64,000 bases of DNA from Protoeuglena noctilucae (taxonomy: Eukaryota): the NCBI GenBank assembly GCA_958009085.1, contig OY253680.1, forward strand, positions 558,001-622,000, written 5' to 3'. A program made the translations under genes and the position numbers. Within the stretch, counting starts at the first letter, position 1; each line of letters starts with the position of its first letter. Of the stretch, positions 57,178 through 64,000 are shown piece by piece. Below the pieces are notes generated by a model that was given only the letters and a program-made list of their open reading frames with translations, was not told the origin of the DNA and did no database searches.

Positions 57178-60100
57178 TCATGCACCCGACACGGGTCCCC
57201 CCCCCTTCGCCGCGCCTAGCTGCCCATCCCCCAAAGTCGGGCAGTGAGCACGATGGGTCAGCAGCAGATACACCGCCAAGTGCAGGCACCCGACGTACCC
57301 CGCCATCAGCATGGTCCGGTGCGCCAGCACCCAGTCCAGCACGGACTGGGCCCGATGACCCCGGAAGGCGGATGGCGCGCCGCCCGGGCCCGGGGGGCCT
57401 CGTCGCTGCGACGTGGCAGTGGTGTACTTGGGCAGCCCGTCTGCGTCACGGGATGCCTCCGCGGGCGCCGCATCAGATGCGCTATGCTGGTTGCCTGCGG
57501 GGCGAACGGCACACAATAACGATAAGATAGTAACAATAAGAGATAGGGTTGACTGACGGCAGGTGTGCGGCAGTCTTGCCACCCTTCGCCCACGCGTGCC
57601 ATCCACCTCACCTTGCAGCATGGACACCTGCCACGCCAGCTGCCGGTTCCTTCGTTCCAACTCCGCCACCCGCGGCGCCGCCCCGGCCTCCACCTCCCCC
57701 AGCCGCCGCTCCGCCTGTGCTGCCCGTGACCTCCAGGTATCAAGCTCCCTCCTCAGCGCCTCCACGTCCGCATCTGACACCGAGACGTCCTGCATCGGAC
57801 GCTCCTTGACCGCGGGACCCTCCACGCGGCCCCCATTGGCAGCCGACACCCGGCCGCGCTCCACCTCCCGCCGTAACGCCTCTGCTTCCACCCGCGCCCG
57901 CTCCGCCCCCCGCGCCGCCTCGTCCCGCACCTCTCGCAGGCCCTCCAGCTCCCGCCTGAGACCCTCGGCCTCAGCCTCAGTCCGCCGAAGCTCCTCTCAC
58001 AGCGCCCACCTCCGCCTCCCACTTCGTACGCGCCTCTCCCTCGCCTGCGCTCGCCGCCCGCACCGACCCCAGCTCCCTTTGTAACTCCTCGATCTGCGAC
58101 TCGGCCGCCATCGCGCGCTCCTCCCACGCAGCTGCGCTCTCTGCCAGCCGCGCTAGCCGAGCGCGCTCCTCCACCCCTGCTTGGCTGGCCGCCCGGGCCT
58201 CTTCCAACACAGCTGCGGGCTGGTGGTGGCTATCATAAGCGAATGGCTGTCATAAGCGCGTGGCAATGAGCACGTGGCGGTGCAAGATTGTCTCGGCTGG
58301 CTACCCTCGCCTGTCCGTTCCATCGCCTGCCTCACTTTGCCCACCACCCCACTTTGCCACACCCCATCCTGCCCAGCCCTCGCCTGCCAGTTCCGCCGCC
58401 TCGTCTTCGGCCCGCGCCCGCGCATCCTCCGCCGCTGCCGCCCTCGTCTCAGCGTCCCTCAGCTGCCCCTCCGCTGTCCTCGCTCTCTCCTCTACCTCCT
58501 CCTCCCTCCTCGCCCATTGCTCCTGCACCACCGCAAAGCGCTCCTTGCGTGCGCCCTCCTCCGCTCGCAGACGCTCCAGCTCCACCTGACACACACGGCG
58601 GTAGAGATCACTGTTTCAGCTAAGAGAGCACAGGTGGAACCTAGCAAACTGTCCCGGCAGACCGTAGCTGAGCGCCGGACTGGTGCATACATTGCACAAT
58701 TATCCAAGCTGTGCATTTCGCCACTGTCAGTAACTGTCGACGACAGCTCCCCGGGCGTCACCTGCAGGTCCCGGAAAGTGCCAGCCGCCGCCTCCGCCTC
58801 GCGCCGCGCGTCCTGCGCCGCCTCCTCCGCCGCCGCCCGCGCCGCGCGCTCCCTCGCCGCCTCCTCCTCCAGCGCACGCACCCGCGCCTCCGCCCCGTCC
58901 TCCTCCACCCGCACCCGCTCTGCCACCCTTGCCTCCGCCTCTCTCGCCCTCGCTTCCGCCGCCTCCGCCGCCCCCGTCGCCACGCTCAGCGCCTCCCGCA
59001 GCCGCTCCGCCTCCGCCTCCGCCTCCCTCGCCCTCTCCGCCGCATCCGCCGCGCGACGCCCCGCTGTGTCCCCCGCCTCTTCGGCCCGCTGGGCCCGCTG
59101 CAGGTGCTCGGCCGCCAGCCCCTCCGCCTCCCTCACGCGCTCCGCCTCCGCCTCCGCAGCCCCGCGCAGGCTCCCCAGCTCCCGGGCCAGCTCCGCCGCC
59201 TCTTCCCTGGCCTGCGCCGCCGCCCCACGCTCCGCACGCAGTGCAGTCTCTGCCTCTTCCCGCCCCGCAGCCGCCTCCGCCGCCGCCCGCTCCGCGCTCG
59301 CCAGGCGCGCCTCGGCGGCAGCCCGCGCTTCCTCTGCCTCCCTCGCCGCTTCCTGCGCCGCCACCACCTCACCGGCCGCCGCCTCGGTCGCCGCACGCAG
59401 CATCTCCAGCTCCTCCCGCGCAGCCGCGAGCTCATCGCGCAGGCTGCCCGCATCAGCTGCTGCAGCGCCATTGTCCGACAGAGAGCGCTCCAACTCTGCG
59501 CACCGTCCCCGCAAAGCGGAGGCCTCTCCCCGCAGCCTCTCTGCCTCTGCTTCTACCTCAGCAGCCCTTCCTGCTTGCTCCCGCAACCTCTCTACCTCGC
59601 CCTCCACCTCTGCCATTCGACCCACCCTCTCACGCAACCTCTCCACCTCGCTCTCCACCTCAGCAGCCCGCCCCACCTGCTCCCGCAGCCTCTCCACTTC
59701 GCCCTCCAGCTCCCGGCACCGCCCCTCCGCCGCCCGCAGCCCCGCCACCTCGCCTTCCACCTCAGCAGCCCGCCCTGCTTGCTCCCGCAGCCTCTCCACC
59801 TCTGCCTCCAGCTCCCGGAACCGCCCCTCGGCTGCCCGCAGCCCCGCCACCTCTGCCTCCATCGCCCCCATCGCCGCCCGCGCTGCGTCCGCTTCCGCCC
59901 GCAGCGACGCCGCATCGCCTGCCTCTGCGCCCTGGGCCCTCGCAGCCTCGATCTCCGCACGCAACGCCTGTATCTCCGCATCGTGCTCTGCCACGACCCT
60001 CCGGTACCGCCCATTGGCCTCTGCCAGTGCGCTGCCCAGCTCCTCCCCTTGCTGCTGCGCCGCATGCACCTCCTCCCGCGCCCTCCGCAGCTCCTCGGCG

Positions 60101-60699
60101 AGGCGCGCCATATGCGATTCTCGCTCCTTGGCCTCCCGCGTCATCTCCCGCACCACCTCCTGCGCTGCGGCGAGCTCCTCTGCAAGGTCGTCCGACCCTC
60201 GCCCGCTCCCACGGACCGCCTGCAGCTCTCCCCGCAGCGCCTCGACCTCATCCTGCAGCTCCCGTTTCTCCTTCTCCAGACTCTTGCCCTTCTGCGAGCG
60301 CGACGAGTTCGCAGAGTCCGCTCAATTAAATAGTACGGAGAAGAACGTTCGCAAAGCTCATTCCTGCCCTGTGCTTCTCGCACGGCACCTGGATCGCCTT
60401 TTCCAGCTTGTCGTGTACCAAAGAAACATCGCCGTCCCCCGCTTTGGCCTCCAGTTCGGCCTGCGCGGGGCACTGGGAGCTGGTGTTGCACCGGGGCACT
60501 TTCCCATCGATCCCAACGCAGAAGCCGAAGCGCGCGCATCGCATGGACTCACCACGCGAGCCTCCAAGCGCGATATCGTCAGCCGCGCCTCATCGCGCTC
60601 TGCCTCGATGGCCTTTCCCTTGCGCACCGCTGCGGTGAACTTTCGTCTGAGCTCGTCCCGCTCCTTCTCCAGCTCCGGAACGGAGACGTCTCCCGCCAT
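57178..60699 (-). CDS. Long coiled-coil tail-anchored protein, golgin-like
   Basis: N-terminal RRKFTAAVRKGK, E/A/R-rich coiled coil, C-terminal TM LMAGYVGCLHLAVYLL with the Y...LH pattern of CASP/golgin-84/giantin anchors. Confidence 0.65.
59530..59859 (-). repeat. Coding 51-bp (17-aa) tandem repeat, about 6.5 units
   Basis: EAEVAGLRAAEGRFREL / EAEVERLREQAGRAAEV / EGEVAGLRAAEGRCREL / EGEVERLREQVGRAAEV / ESEVERLRERVGRMAEV / EGEVERLREQAGRAAEV. Confidence 0.9.
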
Positions 60700-61214
60700 C
60701 CTGCCAACCTCTCCTGTCAATCGCTGTGGCTGTGATTGACAAGCGGAGACAGCGCCCTCACAAAGCTTGCTCTGCGCCCAGCCTGCCCAGCCTGCGCCGC
60801 TGATCACGGCAAGACCTGTGATGCATCTCCACGCGTGACGCTCTGGCATGTGCGAGCTGCACGTGGTCCTGAAGGCTTCAGGACGTGCCAAGGACTTTCC
60901 TGCGTCGGCACTGGCGAACCCGGCGCCATGAGGAGGGGCTGCGGTGGTCAGATTCCTCATTGTCGCTCGTCACTAAACCAATACACACGCTTGCTTTGGC
61001 CCTGCCTCGCGCCTCAGGGCGTCTCAGGGACATCCGCTGCTGCCGCACTTGCTTCCCCATTGGCGCCTAAAGCAAGGACGTCGCCGCGTCCCGGCTGCCC
61101 CTGACGCGCGATCTCGCAACAGGAGGAGGGGACTGTGCCCGCAAGCGTGCCAGGGGGACGCGTGAGGGGAGCGGGGCCGTCATTTTACGCTCGCAAAAGG
61201 GCCGGGGCCGTGCG

Positions 61215-62898
61215 ATGGGGGCTGCCGTGGAGGGGGGGAAGCGGAAGAGCCCGCGACGCACGGCATTGGACGCCGTGTCGGGGGCAATCGCGGGGATGGT
61301 GTCGCGTTTCGTCGTCGGACCCCTGGACGTCCTCAAAATACGGTTCCAAGTCCAGGTGCCGCCGCGCACGCACCGCGCACCCGTCGCGCGGGACCATCGA
61401 CGTCATCGATAATAGACATCGCAGAGTGTCGCCTGGTCCTGGCATCGTCCGGCCATCGGGAGCATCGCGGACACACACGCCCGTCCTGCGCCGCGGCATG
61501 CAGGTCGAGCCGACCCGCGCCACGGGGCCGGCGGTGACCGCGCTCAGGAGCCACTACACGGGAATGTCGCAGGCGATCAAGCAGATTTGGGTCGAGGAGG
61601 GCATCGCGGGTTTTTGGCGCGGGACGCTCCCGGGGCAGCTCTTGACGGTCCCCTACTGCGCGGTGCAGTTCGTGGCGCTCCAGAAGTGCAAGGAGTTCGC
61701 CCACCGTCTCCAACTGGACAACGGGAGGCAGGTGTCGTCCGTCTCGTTTCTGTCGGGGGCCGTTGCAGGCATGGCGGCCACCGCCGCGTCCTATCCCTTT
61801 GACTTACTCCGCACCACCCTGGCGGCCCAGGGGGAGCCCAAGGTGTACCGGGGCATGGTTGACGCCGCAAGAGGTGACCGTGTGCGTTTGCGCTGCCCTT
61901 GGCCCACTGTGCACCACGTGGGGGCGTGTGACGCGGACCCCTCCCTTGCGTACTACGCTCTTGCATGCATGGGGCCGGCATGGCTGGATACCACTCCCCA
62001 CGCGCAGGCATCGTGCGGGAACACGGATTCAAGGGCCTGTACCGGGGCCTGGGGGTCACCCTGGCGGAGATAGTGCCTTACGCAGCCTTGCAGGTGCGCC
62101 CCGGTGTGCCAGGCAACCCTCGTTCGGCCTCGGCTTGACCAGTCGCTCGCAGCAAGGCTGCGCATCGGTACCTGTCGCAGTCAACACTTCCCGCGATCTC
62201 TTGTCTACCGCAGTTTGGTCTGTATGACACGTTTAACCGATGGTACACGAGCGCCACGGACGCGGAGGCTCACCGCGGCCCGCGGTCCGTTGGCGTCTCC
62301 AAAGGCGGCGTGTTTCAGCAGTTCGTCTGCGGGCTTGCCGCGGGCATGCTGTCCAAGGTGACGGGCGTTGACAGCCTCACGAGCACTGCGTGGGGTTGCA
62401 CGCAGGCAGTGTGTGGGATTGTTGCGTTGGTGGAGGGATAGGAGAGGAGCAGACAGGTTCCGATTCGGTCTCTTCTCGCAGCTGGCGACGCACCCTCTCG
62501 ACGTGGTGAAGAAGCGGTACCAAGTGGCCGGCCTGCAGCGGTCGCTTCGATACGGGCAGCGCATCGCAGCTGAGGTGAGGGCGTGATGCGATGCGCCTGC
62601 GTGCTGGGTCAGGGTTCCTACCCTTGCTGTCATGTGACGTCGTGGGACATGACAATACGTGGCATGCAACTCTCTTTCATTCATCCCGCAGACGGTCGCA
62701 GAGGGCCTGTTGCAGACCGTGCAGGGCATTCTGAGGAAGGAGGGCGTGCAGGGGCTCTACAAGGGCGTGACCCCGAGCCTGATCAAGGCCGCGCCGGCTG
62801 CGGCCGTCGTCTTCGTCGTCTACGAGGTCATCGTGGCGCAGCTGGCGCCCGTGATGCTGTTAGAGCACGAATTCCAGCAGTTCCAGCAGGGCAACTGA
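61215..62898 (+). CDS. TPC1: Mitochondrial carrier, thiamine pyrophosphate carrier type
   Basis: Three MCF signatures: [30 protein letters not shown]. Also QVEP, YTGM, FWRG..P..L..PY.AVQF, QGEPKVY. Confidence 0.88.
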
Positions 62899-62972
62899 GC
62901 CTCTCCCGATGTGTTGTCAGGTTTATCGAGGTTTCTATCCCGCGTTTCTACGCCCGCTGGTCCCGCGAGCCG

Positions 62973-63936
62973 TCAGGAGAGCACGCGCAGTGACTTGACC
63001 GCGTTTCGCATCGCCGCCATCCCCGGGAAGTCCCCGCCCTCGCACGACTCCCCCTTCTCGCACCGGAACTTGCCATTAGCAATGTAGAGCTTGGACTTGC
63101 TGATGCTCACCGTCGTGAAGAAGCGGTTGGTGCCCCTGCGGCTGGGCCGGACTCACTGCGCTCCCAGGGATGCCATGCCATTGGCGCGAATTGACAGCCG
63201 GCACGTGCCTCACCTCGTGGACTCGACGACGTACTCGAAATCGTAGGCCAGCTGCCCGTCGGGGAGCCTCCGCGACTCCTGGACTTGCAAGTCCACGCTC
63301 AGCGTCCCGTCCTTCGCCTTCTGCGACAATTACAGACCATCCGTTGCCTCTGCACGTTAGTTGGCTCCGTGAGATGGCGCAGGTCGCTAATGCCTCGCGC
63401 ATTACCTCCGCGTCGACAAGCCGCTTGCCCACGTCCGCCTCAGACCCAAACTGCTCCAGGCTCGCCACCCTGACGGGCAAGACGGTCACACCCACGCTGC
63501 TGTACTTCTTGCCAACCTCAAAGTACGCATCCGCGCCAGCCTTGTCTGCGCTAGCGCGGGGAGCTCGCGGCCATCGCCCCCAAACGTTGCGACACCCGAG
63601 GGGCCCAGCGCGTCGATCGGACACAGATCAAACGGCACTTGGTAGCAAGGTACGCAAATCCGCTCGAGATGCATCCTTCCATGCACCTTTCAGCTGCCAT
63701 TCTGCCGGAACTTGGAGCCCAAAGCGCCGCTTGTCGTCCACGAACTCCACCGGCTCGTCCGACGCCCAGGCGGCATTCCCAAGCAGAGGATGGGTGGCAA
63801 CTACCGCCCCAAAGCCAGCGAGTAAGGTGCGGCGACGCGACCCGCAGCAACTCGCGCCACCAGGGGGGGCGGTGCGAGTGCACAGTTGGGCCATACCCTG
63901 TCCCGCGATGCAACCAGCCTCTCCCACGATGGGACC
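62973..63936 (-). CDS. PsbP-domain thylakoid lumen protein, PPD2-like (5' end uncertain or outside the window)
   Basis: Tat signal SRRRTLLAG...AWA, SVGVTVLPVRVASLEQFGS, YDFEYVVESTR|GTNRFF, KLYIAN. Confidence 0.8.
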
Positions 63937-64000
63937 TATGATGCGTCAATATGCTTTTTGGCTATTTGCAGAGGGCCGTGATGTGTCATGTGGCTCTCTC

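Noticed and set aside
58274..60739. 821-aa S/A-rich plus-strand ORF and the overlapping 540-aa and 466-aa ORFs
   Set aside because: Antisense shadows of the GC-rich E/A/R coiled-coil gene on the minus strand.
61215..62898. TPP riboswitch in introns of the TPP carrier gene
   Set aside because: No CUGAGA / CCUGAU / AGCG.AGG aptamer arrangement found by eye.

Overview
Gene-dense, GC-rich, intron-rich eukaryotic nuclear DNA, most consistent with a flagellated chlorophyte green alga: it encodes a PsbP-domain plastid protein, plant-type arogenate dehydrogenase and dehydratase, and a radial-spoke NDK5/RSP23. It uses the standard code (TAA, TAG and TGA all end genes). I could assemble about 25 spliced protein genes by hand. 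CDS coordinates are gene spans including introns, and boundaries are manual predictions. I found no rRNA, tRNA, CRISPR array or intact transposon. Main observations: (1) a fusion of an intact DEDDy 3'-5' exonuclease to a Ycf45/SpoIIIAA-type AAA+ ATPase; (2) an apparently catalytically dead PDH E2 paralog (DHRxxDG to DARAIPG) resembling E3-binding protein; (3) at least 17 GC-AG introns; (4) tandem duplications at exon/donor junctions; (5) a Zn-finger/rhodanese/TehB-like methyltransferase, a clan-7-like P450, a DUF3537 (GR-like) membrane protein, an LPA1-like protein lacking the Walker A lysine, the meiotic helicase MER3 plus MCM9, and three orphan genes.
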